Shown here piece by piece: positions 1-9,765 of a DNA stretch of 64,000 bases (position 1 is its first letter; the number at the start of each line of letters is the position of its first letter). Source of the stretch: an uncultured Acidobacteriota bacterium. GTDB taxonomy: Bacteria > Acidobacteriota > Thermoanaerobaculia > Multivoradales > UBA5704. The DNA lies in the NCBI GenBank assembly GCA_963770895.1, contig CAVYRF010000002.1:1888001-1952000 (forward strand), in the 5' to 3' direction. Under the pieces are notes generated by a model, which worked only from the letters and a program-made list of their open reading frames with translations, was not told the DNA's origin and did not search any database. The translations under genes and the position numbers were made by a program.

Positions 1-71
1 GCTCGCTCTCAAATGCGAATGTCCGTCAGAAGAAAGATCGCGGACCAATCCGTACCTGCTCAAAATATAGA

Positions 72-101
72 TTGACACATCTGAGCTGATACCGGTAGGC
101 T
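72..101 (+). promoter_or_regulatory. Putative sigma70-type promoter of the surface-protein operon
   Basis: TTGACA at 72-77, 18-nt spacer, TAGGCT at 96-101, with an AT-rich tract just upstream; about 130 nt before the likely start at 235. Confidence 0.5.
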
Positions 102-234
102 GTATTCCGCTTCAGAGCTTCAGACGCCGGAATTAGCAAACGCGCGGGCATGGCGCTCGACCGCTGTCGAGAATGTACTCGGCGGCCGGCGCCTGACCGT
201 CCGCAGGTTTCTCACTGACTTGCCGGAGGTGGCA

Positions 235-3200
235 ATGCGGCACGTGGTTCGAGCGCCCGTGCGGTTCCGTTTCGGTACATCGAGTGCGGCCCGAGCCGGC
301 ATAAGGCTCGTTTTCGCAGCATGCTTCCTCGCAGCTCTGGCCACCACCATGCTGGCCGCCCAGGCCGTGACGCTTCAGGCGAGCGCGGACACCACTCTTA
401 AGCAGGGCAGTCCTGACAAGAGCTTTGGCAGTGAGACGACCCTGACTATCAAGGAAGGCGGCAGCCGCGTTCCCCTCCAGTTCGACGGAGGCGCCATCGC
501 TGCGGCGGTGGGCGGCGGCAGCCTGGCCTCGGCAGCACTTCAAGTCTACGTGGGCGCCAACGCGGGGAATTGGGGTACCACCGGCCGCACCGTGGACATC
601 TATCAGCTCACAACCGCGTGGACGGAAGCCGGAGCGACCTGGAACTGCGCCGCCGATCCGAACCCTGGGCATGCCGGTGTCGGCTGTACGAGTCCCTGGT
701 CCGGCGGCACCCCCGCACAGGGCGCCAACGGCGCGAGCGGAGACGGCGAGGCGACCGACACGGCGCTCATCACGAACGGCACAAGCGGCTGGGTAACGTT
801 CGACGTGACCTCGGATGTCGCGGCGTTTCTCACCGGCACGGCCAATAACGGATGGCTTCTCCAGAAGACGGACGAGGGCCAGGCGGGCCAGATCGATCTC
901 GTCTCGCGGGAGGGAACGGCGGGCCTCGGCCCGAGGCTTGTCCTGGTCAGCCAAAGCGCCACCTCCGATACGGTGCCGCCGTCCCTCGCCATCGTGTCGC
1001 CGTCAGAGCCGGTCTTAGTGAACGTGCCCGCACCAGCGGTCGGCCTCGCCTATCAGGACCCCGGCTCGGGCGTCGACACCTCGACACTTCGAGTCGCAAT
1101 CGACGGTCAGGATTTCACCTCGGGATGCAGCATCGGAGCGCAGGCGGCGAGTTGTCAGGCACCAGTGCTGGCCGCCGGCGTGCACACCATCATGGCGAGC
1201 GTGAGCGATCATGCGGGCAACGTTGCCACGGCCACGACGAACTTCCAGCTACTCCTCGGTCCCGGCATCTCAAGCCTCACTCTCCCAGTGAGTGCCGACA
1301 CCTTCATCACCGCCACGAGCCCCGACCGTGAGCACGGGCGCGCCGCAGTGCTGCGGGTCGAAAAGAGCGGCCCGAGCCGGGCACTGGTCGGGTTCGCCCC
1401 GGGAAGCCTCGCGGCCGCGGTAGCCGGCAACCAGGTGCTTGCGGCCCAGCTTCAGCTCGGAGTCGCCGCGAATGCCAAGAATTGGGGAGCGGCCGGGCGC
1501 ACCATCGGCGCCTACCGGTTGACCACCGCATGGTCCGAGGCGGCGGCGACCTGGGACTGCCCCGCCGACACCAACTTGGACAATGCCGTGCCCGACTGTG
1601 CGGCTCCGTGGAGCGGCGGCTCCTTCGTGGCCGCACCGACTGCAACGGCGCTCATCACGCGGCAGACGACGGGCAGCGTAAGCTTCGATGTGACCGCTGA
1701 CGTGACTGCCTTCTTCGCCGGAACTGCGACCGACGGTTGGCTGATTGCCAAGACCGGCGAAGGGCTTGCGGGGCGGATCGACTTCACCTCGCGGGAGGCG
1801 AGCTCAGGCCAGGCGGCGCAGCTTATCGTCGAGGTGCAGGTTCCGTCGGGCGGTACCACACCGCCGGTGCCCTTGCCCTCCGTTGTGCTCACCCTTCCTG
1901 TCGATGGCGCGGTGGTCAGTCAGCCAACAATAACCGCTACTGGCACGGTAGTCTGCACCAAGCCTCTTGCCAGCGTAACCGTCAACGGTCAGCCGGTGAG
2001 TTTGGCGGGCAACGCTTTCTCCGTGCCGGTAAGCTTGGGCGCCGGCCCGAACGTGGTCCTGGTGCTGGCTACCGATGTCGACGGCAATGTAGGGACTGCC
2101 TCCGCTGGGGTAACACTCGATACCACTCCTCCGATCGTCACGATTCTCCAGCCGCTGGCGGGGGCGCTAATCAATTCCGCGAGCGCATTGGTCCAAGGGC
2201 AGGTGAGCGACGACACCGGAGTCGCCAGCCTTAGCGTCGCCGGCACACCGGTCACGGTCAACAGCGAAGGTAGCTTCCAGGCGCAGGTTGCACTGAACGA
2301 AGGCAACAATTTGATTCCGTTCGAGGCCACCGACGTTGCGGGCAACAAGACGGACCAGGCCCTCAATGTCATCCGCTTCTCGCTGCCGCAGGTCGCGATC
2401 ACCTCGCCGCCCGATCTCAGTTATATTGCCGCCACCACCGTCGCCGTTTCAGGCACGGTCAGTGATCCGGCAGCAACCGTCTCCGTCAACGGCCAGCCAG
2501 CCCAGGTGAGCGGCGGCTCGTTCATGGCACCGGGTGTGCCGCTTCTCGAAGGCGGCAACGTGCTCACCGCCACTACCACCGATTCCAACGGCCATGTGAA
2601 CACTGCCACCATCAATGTGGTTCGCGACCTGACGGCACCCGTCCTGTCGATCGCCTATCCGCAAGACGGTGCCACGGTGTTCAGCCCGACACTCACGGTT
2701 TCCGGGCTCGTAAACGACATCGTCGCGGGGACGGTGAATGCCTCCCAGGTCACGGTGACTGTCAACGGCCAGCCTGCGGCGGTGGCGAACCGTTCCTTCT
2801 CCGCCACACTCTCCCTGATCGCCGGTGAGAACCTGCTTACGGTACGGGCGACGGATGTGAGCGGCAACACTTCGCAGGCCACGGTCACCGTGCAGTTAAA
2901 GCCTGCAACGGTGCCGCGGGTGACGCTCGTCGCCGGCGCCGGCCAGTCGGCACCAATCGGTACGCTTCTCGGCTCTCCTCTCGTGGCGGCGCTGCTGGAT
3001 GGGAACGGGCAGCCGGTGGCGGGACAGAGCCTCTATTTCCGAGTGCGCGGCAACGATGGCACGCTCAACGGCGGACAGCGCGGCGTGACCATGACCACGA
3101 ATGCATCAGGGCAGGCGACCGTTAACTTCACGCTCGGCAGGCACGCCGGCACCGGCAACCAGGTGGTCGAGGCGTTTGCCCCCGGTTTCCAAGGTCCAGC

Positions 3201-4878
3201 CGTTTTTCAGGAGACCGCCGTGCCCGGCAGTCCGTCGCTAATCGTTGTCGACTCAGGAGACCAGCAGGTGGGAATCCCGGGGCAATTGGCGCCGCGTCCT
3301 CTGGTTGTCGTAGTGACCGACAGCGGCTTCAACCGCCTGCCAGGAGTTGCAGTGCAGTTCGGCACCGTCAAAGGCCAAGGGAGCTTTCCGAATGGCGACC
3401 AGGTCACGACCGCCATCACCGACTCCGATGGACGCGCGATCGTAAACTTCACGTTGGACCCGAGCGAGGGCATTTCCAACAACGCCGTGCGCGCGATAAT
3501 CGCCGGTCTTTCCGGCGGCTCCGCCGCTAACTTTGTGCTTTCGGGGCGCGCCGCAGGAAACCCGGCGGCCACTACGGTGAGCGGCGTCGTGTTGGATAAC
3601 GCCAACCATCCAGTGCCCGGCGTCACCGCCAGCATCCGCGGCACTGCGATCACGGCACAGACCGATGCCGCCGGACACTTTCAGCTGACCGGCGTTGCGC
3701 CGGGCACTCCTACGCTGATTATTGACGGCAGCACTGCGCAACTTCCCGGCGCATGGCCTGACCTTGAATACTTGGTCACGGTAATTGCCGGCCGCGACAA
3801 CACCGTCAATATGCCGATCTACATGTTGCCGCTCGATCAGACCCATGGCATCCAGGTAAGCGAGACTGTTGGTGGCACCCTGACGCTGCCGCAGGTCCCC
3901 GGTTTCGCACTGACTATTACGCCGGGCTCCGTCACCTTTCCCAATGGTGCACGCAGCGGCTTGGTTAGCGTGACCGTCGTTCATGGCGACAAGGTTCCGA
4001 TGGTGCCAAATTTCGGCCAGCAGCCGCGCCTCATCGTCACCATCCAACCGGCCGGTGCGCGCTTCGATCCGCCTGCGCGCCTCACCTTTCCCAATGTCGA
4101 AGGTCTTGTGCCGGGATCGACGACCGAGATGTACTCGTTCGATCACGATCTTGGACACTTCGTCAGCATTGGTCCGGCGACGGTCAGCGACGACGGTGCC
4201 ACGGTGACCGCCAACCCCGGCGTAGGCGTGATCAAGGCGGGCTGGCACTGTTGCGGAAATCCAGCGACGTCAGGAGTGCCGTTCGATTGCCCGCAGTGCA
4301 AGACCTGCGACGGCGGGCTGGGAATTCTCTGCGTTCCCGACCCGACGTTCGAAGGCAAAGCTTGCCCTGACGTGCCACCGAACATCTGTCGCGGCGGTGA
4401 TTGCGTGTGTGCAATCCCCACGAACTTCCAACAGACCTTGGGGCACGCCCTGATAGCCCAATTGAATTTCATTTACCAATGGGGCTCCAGTACAGGACAT
4501 ATGGAAGATCTTGCGGGCTGCCAAGTTGCCGAACTCATCTTCCTGCCGAGTGACCCCTACACATTCCCGAAGCCCTGGGTGGGAAAGTCGGGCTCGCCTT
4601 ACACTACAGCGATCGTGCCGGGCTCAAATGGCGTCCTCAACGATACCAATACGCTGACCGGACCGCTGTTGCCGATCGGCAGGCCGATCGTTCCGGGTCA
4701 GATTAGCGTGACCCAATACTTCACATTCAAGTGCCCGTGCTATACATCGTCAGGGCTGCCCAGGCTTTTCGGCCCTATAGCGATCGTTCGCAGCGTGGCA
4801 CCGAACGCCGATGGTTCCTGGAACGGCTGCATTCAGAAGTCGGGCCTGACCTCGTGCGTCACATTGCCGCCCAACTGA
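235..4878 (+). CDS. Giant secreted multidomain protein: two DNRLRE/CBM96-like domains, multiple Ig-like repeats, carboxypeptidase-regulatory-like domain, Cys-rich linker and a distinct C-terminal domain
   Basis: ORF 220..4878; ATG at 235 follows GGAGGT; signal peptide ending AAQA; duplicated 'GRT..Y.LTTAW.E..ATW.C..D' domain; repeated 'D.aGN' and 'V.VNG' Ig motifs; 'VSGVVLDNANHPVPGVT'; GWHCCGNP then CxxC/CxC cluster. Confidence 0.85.
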   Translation: MRHVVRAPVRFRFGTSSAARAGIRLVFAACFLAALATTMLAAQAVTLQASADTTLKQGSPDKSFGSETTLTIKEGGSRVPLQFDGGAIAAAVGGGSLASAALQVYVGANAGNWGTTGRTVDIYQLTTAWTEAGATWNCAADPNPGHAGVGCTSPWSGGTPAQGANGASGDGEATDTALITNGTSGWVTFDVTSDVAAFLTGTANNGWLLQKTDEGQAGQIDLVSREGTAGLGPRLVLVSQSATSDTVPPSLAIVSPSEPVLVNVPAPAVGLAYQDPGSGVDTSTLRVAIDGQDFTSGCSIGAQAASCQAPVLAAGVHTIMASVSDHAGNVATATTNFQLLLGPGISSLTLPVSADTFITATSPDREHGRAAVLRVEKSGPSRALVGFAPGSLAAAVAGNQVLAAQLQLGVAANAKNWGAAGRTIGAYRLTTAWSEAAATWDCPADTNLDNAVPDCAAPWSGGSFVAAPTATALITRQTTGSVSFDVTADVTAFFAGTATDGWLIAKTGEGLAGRIDFTSREASSGQAAQLIVEVQVPSGGTTPPVPLPSVVLTLPVDGAVVSQPTITATGTVVCTKPLASVTVNGQPVSLAGNAFSVPVSLGAGPNVVLVLATDVDGNVGTASAGVTLDTTPPIVTILQPLAGALINSASALVQGQVSDDTGVASLSVAGTPVTVNSEGSFQAQVALNEGNNLIPFEATDVAGNKTDQALNVIRFSLPQVAITSPPDLSYIAATTVAVSGTVSDPAATVSVNGQPAQVSGGSFMAPGVPLLEGGNVLTATTTDSNGHVNTATINVVRDLTAPVLSIAYPQDGATVFSPTLTVSGLVNDIVAGTVNASQVTVTVNGQPAAVANRSFSATLSLIAGENLLTVRATDVSGNTSQATVTVQLKPATVPRVTLVAGAGQSAPIGTLLGSPLVAALLDGNGQPVAGQSLYFRVRGNDGTLNGGQRGVTMTTNASGQATVNFTLGRHAGTGNQVVEAFAPGFQGPAVFQETAVPGSPSLIVVDSGDQQVGIPGQLAPRPLVVVVTDSGFNRLPGVAVQFGTVKGQGSFPNGDQVTTAITDSDGRAIVNFTLDPSEGISNNAVRAIIAGLSGGSAANFVLSGRAAGNPAATTVSGVVLDNANHPVPGVTASIRGTAITAQTDAAGHFQLTGVAPGTPTLIIDGSTAQLPGAWPDLEYLVTVIAGRDNTVNMPIYMLPLDQTHGIQVSETVGGTLTLPQVPGFALTITPGSVTFPNGARSGLVSVTVVHGDKVPMVPNFGQQPRLIVTIQPAGARFDPPARLTFPNVEGLVPGSTTEMYSFDHDLGHFVSIGPATVSDDGATVTANPGVGVIKAGWHCCGNPATSGVPFDCPQCKTCDGGLGILCVPDPTFEGKACPDVPPNICRGGDCVCAIPTNFQQTLGHALIAQLNFIYQWGSSTGHMEDLAGCQVAELIFLPSDPYTFPKPWVGKSGSPYTTAIVPGSNGVLNDTNTLTGPLLPIGRPIVPGQISVTQYFTFKCPCYTSSGLPRLFGPIAIVRSVAPNADGSWNGCIQKSGLTSCVTLPPN

Positions 4879-4892
4879 CGAGGACCCAGCAC

Positions 4893-5717
4893 ATGTTTGC
4901 CTTGACCTTCTCGATCATAGCTCTGGCGACAACCCCTTCAGCAGCGCCGTTAGGCGATCCTGCAAGGCAGGTTTGGTGCACGGCCGCGGCCGAGCAGACG
5001 GCGGTGACGGTGAATGAGCCGATCTGGATGCGCTTGGAATGCGAAAACCGCGGCACGACCGAAGCCTCCTTGGATTTTTTCACTGGTAGCGGCGTTGGCT
5101 GGCGGGTTGTTCCGAACGACGGCACGATCGGGTGCTTCACCAAAGATGATGCGCAAAATGTGCCGCCCAATCGGGTGGCGCTTGCGCCCGGCGATCACGC
5201 TGCCGTGCGCGTGCTGCTGAACCGTTGGACCGGCAGGTTGCAAGCGGGAATGTACCGGACCCGGCTGGTCAGCTGCGCTGGGGCCTATACGATTGACGCG
5301 AAGGGAGGGCAGGACCTGAGTGACGAGGTCACGGTCACAGTCGGCCCTCTCGACGAAAAGCGTCTCGAAAAAGCATGCAAGGATTTGACGAGCCAAGCTC
5401 TCAATCCTGCCGCCGCCGAAAGTGCCAGGCTCCAGGCTGCCGAGGGGCTTTCTTGGATCAATCACCCGCTTGCCGTGCCGTATCTTCAAGAGGTCATGTT
5501 GAAGGGTAGGACGGCCGAGCACCTCGCCGTGCAGGGGCTCAGCCGTATACGAACTCCGGAGGCGGTGCGGGTCCTGGTCGATGCGTTCGACCGAGACACC
5601 TTCTTAGCCATCGAGGTCCGCAACGCACTGTTCAAGATGCATCCTATAGGACTGGACGCAGACCTGCAGAAGCGTGTCACCAACATTTTGAACCATGAGT
5701 TCAAGGTGGCGCAATGA
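4893..5717 (+). CDS. Exported protein with N-terminal beta domain and C-terminal HEAT-like repeats (candidate partner or immunity protein)
   Basis: ATG at 4893 after GAGGA, 14 nt after the previous stop; signal-like N-terminus MFALTFSIIALA; HEAT-like 'RLQAAEGLSWI..PLAVPYL' and 'AVQGLSRI.TPEAVRVL'; ATGA overlap with the next gene. Confidence 0.7.
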   Translation: MFALTFSIIALATTPSAAPLGDPARQVWCTAAAEQTAVTVNEPIWMRLECENRGTTEASLDFFTGSGVGWRVVPNDGTIGCFTKDDAQNVPPNRVALAPGDHAAVRVLLNRWTGRLQAGMYRTRLVSCAGAYTIDAKGGQDLSDEVTVTVGPLDEKRLEKACKDLTSQALNPAAAESARLQAAEGLSWINHPLAVPYLQEVMLKGRTAEHLAVQGLSRIRTPEAVRVLVDAFDRDTFLAIEVRNALFKMHPIGLDADLQKRVTNILNHEFKVAQ

Positions 5718-8700
5718 AAGGGCGCTCGCGACGGTGGATCATCCTCGCGGCATTGACTAGCTCTTTCGCGGCTGTGCCAGCAAACGCGCAGCTCGACAAC
5801 ACCTGCATGGTGAGCGCTCTCAACCGCACAGCCCTGGTGGATGATAGCGGCACCTGGCTGCTTGCAAACGTCCCTGCCGACCTGGGACCCTTGCGCATTC
5901 GCGCCACCTGCGTAGCTCCCGATGGCACCGTGCGCTCTGGCGCCTCTGTGAGTCTCTACACGCTGTCGGCGAACGGTACCGTGAGCGTCAAGGACATCTT
6001 ATTTGCAAGTCCGCCGGCGGTGCCCGAGTCTCTTGGGCTCTCATCGCCAGTGAGCAGCTTCGCATCTCGGGGGCAGACGGCGCAGCTCACGGTGATCGCG
6101 AGCAATCCAGATGGCACCACAACCGATGTTTCTGCCGCAGGGCTCGGTACCGACTACCGAACGAGCAATCCGGCCATCGCCACCGTCGACTCCGACGGTG
6201 TGGTCACAGCGCTGGCCAGCGGCAACATCATCATCAGCGCTACCAACGAAGGGTCGCTGGCGGTCCTCCAGCTTCAGGTGGTCCTCTCCGGCAGCACGGT
6301 GGGAGACGGCATCCCGGACGACTGGAAAATCGCCCATGGCCTTAACCCCAATGATCCTCTGGTCGCCTACGAGGACCCCGACAACGACGGACTGACCAAT
6401 CTGGAGGAGTACCAGAACGGCACCGATCCGAACAATCCCGACACGGATGGCGACGGGCTGTCGGACGGCGACGAGGTGCACCTCTATCACACGAACCCGC
6501 TCCTATGGGACACGGACGGGGACGGGATCTCGGACGGGGTCGAGGTGCGGACAGGCAGCGATCCGCTCGACATGCACAGCTTCAACCTGGCGGCGGCGCT
6601 CTCTTCGATCACGGTCTCTCCGGCCGCGTTCACCTTGGTTTTCAATACGGTGAGCGGCCAGGCGTCGCGGCAGCTCGTCGCCACAGGCAACGTCGTCGAC
6701 GGCCGCACCATCGACCTCTTCAATCCGCTCTACCAGACCCAGGTCGCATCGAGCAACCTCGCGGTCGCGAGCTTCGGAGTGCAAGCAGGGCAGGTGTTCG
6801 CTGGGCAGAGCGGCACGGCGACGGTCACGGTGAGCAACGGCGGCTGGTCGGCCGCGTCCACCGTGACGGTGACGACGTTCTCGCCCACGGCCCTGGCTTT
6901 CCTGCCGCTTCCTGGATTTCAGAATGCGGTGGAGGCGGCAGGCGACTTCGTGTTCGTGGCCTCCGGCGGCTTCGGACTGTCGGTTGTGGATGTGACGAAC
7001 CTGCGAGCGCCGGTGCTCGTCGCTCAGGCGCCCACTCCGGGGAGTGCGAACGACGTGCGGGTTTCTGGCACGGTGGCGTATGTGGCCGAGGATGTCGGCC
7101 TGCAACTCATGGACGTGAGCGATCCGGCCCACCCGGCGCGGCTCGGCAGCCTGAGCCTCCCCGACGGCGACCAAGTGCGTCTGGCGGTAGCCGGCAACCT
7201 GGTCTACCTCGCCGACATGAACTTCGGCCTCCGCGTGGTGGATGTGACGAACCCCATGCAACCGGTCGAGGTCGGCTCGCTCGCGCTCGGAGGCACGCCG
7301 CGGTCGGTCGGTCTTGGCGGCACCGGGCTCGGCGGGTTCGCTCTCACCGGATCGTATGCGGTGGTCGCTTGCGGCGATGGGGGCGTGGCGGTGGTGGACG
7401 TGAGCGATCCGACGGCGCCGGCCCTCGTGGGCGCCACGCCGGACGATGCACCGCGCGCCGGCAGCGTCACGGTGCGCGGCCACTACGCCTACGTGGCCGC
7501 CGGCGAGGAGGCGGTCTACGGCGGCCTGCACGTCGTGGAGCTTGCCGACCCGACGAACCCCGTGGAAGTGGGGGCGAGCGAGGACGACCTCGGGGTGACC
7601 CGTGCGGTGCTCCAAGACGGGTTTGCCTTGGGCGCGCAGTTCTTTCTCGCCGCGCAGGTGGCGATCTTCGATGTTAGCGCCGTGCCTCCGGCCTATACGG
7701 CCGTGCTCGACCTCACGACCTTGCCCGGCGGCGAGGCGGTCGTCGCGCCGCGTGCCAATGACATCGCGGTGCGCAACGGCGCGGTCTTCCTGGCGGCCAA
7801 CGGCGAGCAGCTCGGCGAGTTCGCGAGCTATGCGATCGAGCAGGGCGGTCTCTACACGGGCCTCTTCGAGCTGCCGAACGACGGTGACACGACTCCTCCG
7901 ACCGTGGCCCTCTCCGCGCCGACGGCCGGGTCCTCGGTGATGGAGCGGCTGCCCGTGACGGTGACCATGGCGGCACAGGATGAGGTCTCGGTCACCTCCG
8001 TCGGCATCCTGGTGAATGGCGCCCTGGTCGAAACCCTCTACAAGCCGCCGTACCAGGGGACCGTCCACGTGCCGGCCGGGCAGCCGACCATGACGCTTGG
8101 AGCGGTGGCGACAAACATCAGCGGCGTCCAGGCGACGACCACGGAGACGCTCACCGTCCAGCCGTATCCCTTGCCCGTCGCGACGCTCCTTGCGCCCGTG
8201 CCCGGCCAGGTTTTAATCGACGGCACGCCGCTCACGATCGCGGTTGCGGCGAGCGACGCCGTGGCGGTCACGCGGGTCGAGGTCTATGTGAACGGCGCTC
8301 TCGTCGGCACGGCCTTGACGCCGCCGTACCTCTTTCAGGTCACGCTGCCGCGCGGCTCGGCGACGCTCGCGGCGACGGCGTTCGCATACAACGCTCTGGG
8401 GCCGGGCGCGATGTCGGCGCCGGTCGCGGTGACGGTCCAGCCGGACGTGCCGCCCACGGTTGCGATCTTCTCGCCGGCCGACGGCGCGCAGGTGACCGAG
8501 GGAAGCGTGGTCTCGATCGTCGCAGGCGCGAGCGACCTGACCGGAATCGCAAGCGTGCTCTTTGACCTCAACGGCGTCGAGTTCCAGGGCACCGCCACCG
8601 CACCCTACGTTGCCCAGGTCGTGGCGCCGCCGGCGGGCCAGACCATGGTGCTCGATGTCGTCGCGACCGATGCCGTGAACCTGGCGGCGCAGTCAGCACC

Positions 8701-9730
8701 GGCCACCATCACGAGCGTGGTCGATCCGGGAACGGCCGTGAGCGGCACGGTGCTCGATCCGACCGGCGCCCCGGTCTCGGGAGCGAGCATCGTCGTGGTC
8801 GCGGGCGCTTCCTCGGCGAACGCCACCTCCGCTGCGGACGGGTCGTTTACAGTGAGCGGCCTGCCGACCGGGAGCGGCACCTTCGAGGTGAGCGCGGTCG
8901 CCACGGTGGGCGGCTGCCAGGCGGAGGCCGATGCCGAAGTGCCGCCGCCCCCGCCGGGCCGCAATGAATCGCTCGGCAACCTGACGCTCGTCCGGCCTCC
9001 GGCACCGGAGCCCACGGCCGTGACCGGCGTCGTTGTCGGCGCCGACGGCCAGGGGCTCTCCGGCGTCACGGTGACGGTATCGAGCGTCGACCTGGCGGAC
9101 ACCGCCACCGTCCTGAGCGGTCCCGGCGGCGCCTTCCTGGTGCCGGCCTTCCCCGCGCGGGCCTGGACCCTCCAGGCCGAAGCGACGGCCGTGAGCGGCG
9201 GTGTTCTGCTCTCCGCCGCAAGCGGCCTGCATGGCCCGCACGCGGTCGCGGGCGGCACGACGGACCTTGGCACCCTGACCTTGAGCCCCTATCCCTTCAC
9301 CGGTCCCGATCCCTTGACGACGGTCACCGGCCAGGCCACGAACCTCGACGGCTCACCGGCCGCCGGCGCCCAGGTGGTGATCGACGTAGGTGACGGCCAG
9401 ATCGTCGCGATCTCCGCCTCCGACGGAAGCTTCGCCGTTTCCGGCGTGCCCACCCTGCAAGGCGCGCTGAAGATCACCGCCTCGCTCCACCTGCCGTGCA
9501 ACGTGCTCCTGGTTGCCGGCCCCATGACGGTGAGCGAGCTTGTGGCCGGCGGCCAGACCGCCGCGGGTCTCCCGCAGCTCGTGCCCGACCCAGGGCCGCC
9601 GCCGCCGATCATCTTCGCGATGGCGCCGGTCGAAGGGTGGCCCGGGGAGGGGGAGCGGTGCGTAGCCGCTCCGAGCGCCGCCGACGGATGGCTTGCGACG
9701 CTCACGAGCGCGGCGGAGTTCCTGCGTTGA
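5714..9730 (+). CDS. Giant secreted protein: Big_2 Ig domains, Ca-binding DxDxDG (thrombospondin type-3-like) repeats, LVIVD repeats, Ig-like and carboxypeptidase-regulatory-like domains
   Basis: Signal peptide ending ANA; 'DPDNDGL', 'DTDGDGL', 'DTDGDGI'; 'GLSVVDVTN', 'GLRVVDVTNP', 'GVAVVDVSDP'; 'VSGTVLDPTGAPVSGA' type repeats. Confidence 0.85.
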   Translation: MKGRSRRWIILAALTSSFAAVPANAQLDNTCMVSALNRTALVDDSGTWLLANVPADLGPLRIRATCVAPDGTVRSGASVSLYTLSANGTVSVKDILFASPPAVPESLGLSSPVSSFASRGQTAQLTVIASNPDGTTTDVSAAGLGTDYRTSNPAIATVDSDGVVTALASGNIIISATNEGSLAVLQLQVVLSGSTVGDGIPDDWKIAHGLNPNDPLVAYEDPDNDGLTNLEEYQNGTDPNNPDTDGDGLSDGDEVHLYHTNPLLWDTDGDGISDGVEVRTGSDPLDMHSFNLAAALSSITVSPAAFTLVFNTVSGQASRQLVATGNVVDGRTIDLFNPLYQTQVASSNLAVASFGVQAGQVFAGQSGTATVTVSNGGWSAASTVTVTTFSPTALAFLPLPGFQNAVEAAGDFVFVASGGFGLSVVDVTNLRAPVLVAQAPTPGSANDVRVSGTVAYVAEDVGLQLMDVSDPAHPARLGSLSLPDGDQVRLAVAGNLVYLADMNFGLRVVDVTNPMQPVEVGSLALGGTPRSVGLGGTGLGGFALTGSYAVVACGDGGVAVVDVSDPTAPALVGATPDDAPRAGSVTVRGHYAYVAAGEEAVYGGLHVVELADPTNPVEVGASEDDLGVTRAVLQDGFALGAQFFLAAQVAIFDVSAVPPAYTAVLDLTTLPGGEAVVAPRANDIAVRNGAVFLAANGEQLGEFASYAIEQGGLYTGLFELPNDGDTTPPTVALSAPTAGSSVMERLPVTVTMAAQDEVSVTSVGILVNGALVETLYKPPYQGTVHVPAGQPTMTLGAVATNISGVQATTTETLTVQPYPLPVATLLAPVPGQVLIDGTPLTIAVAASDAVAVTRVEVYVNGALVGTALTPPYLFQVTLPRGSATLAATAFAYNALGPGAMSAPVAVTVQPDVPPTVAIFSPADGAQVTEGSVVSIVAGASDLTGIASVLFDLNGVEFQGTATAPYVAQVVAPPAGQTMVLDVVATDAVNLAAQSAPATITSVVDPGTAVSGTVLDPTGAPVSGASIVVVAGASSANATSAADGSFTVSGLPTGSGTFEVSAVATVGGCQAEADAEVPPPPPGRNESLGNLTLVRPPAPEPTAVTGVVVGADGQGLSGVTVTVSSVDLADTATVLSGPGGAFLVPAFPARAWTLQAEATAVSGGVLLSAASGLHGPHAVAGGTTDLGTLTLSPYPFTGPDPLTTVTGQATNLDGSPAAGAQVVIDVGDGQIVAISASDGSFAVSGVPTLQGALKITASLHLPCNVLLVAGPMTVSELVAGGQTAAGLPQLVPDPGPPPPIIFAMAPVEGWPGEGERCVAAPSAADGWLATLTSAAEFLR

Positions 9731-9765
9731 CCTCCGGGGATGGAGGGCCGCCGCCGAGCTTACCT

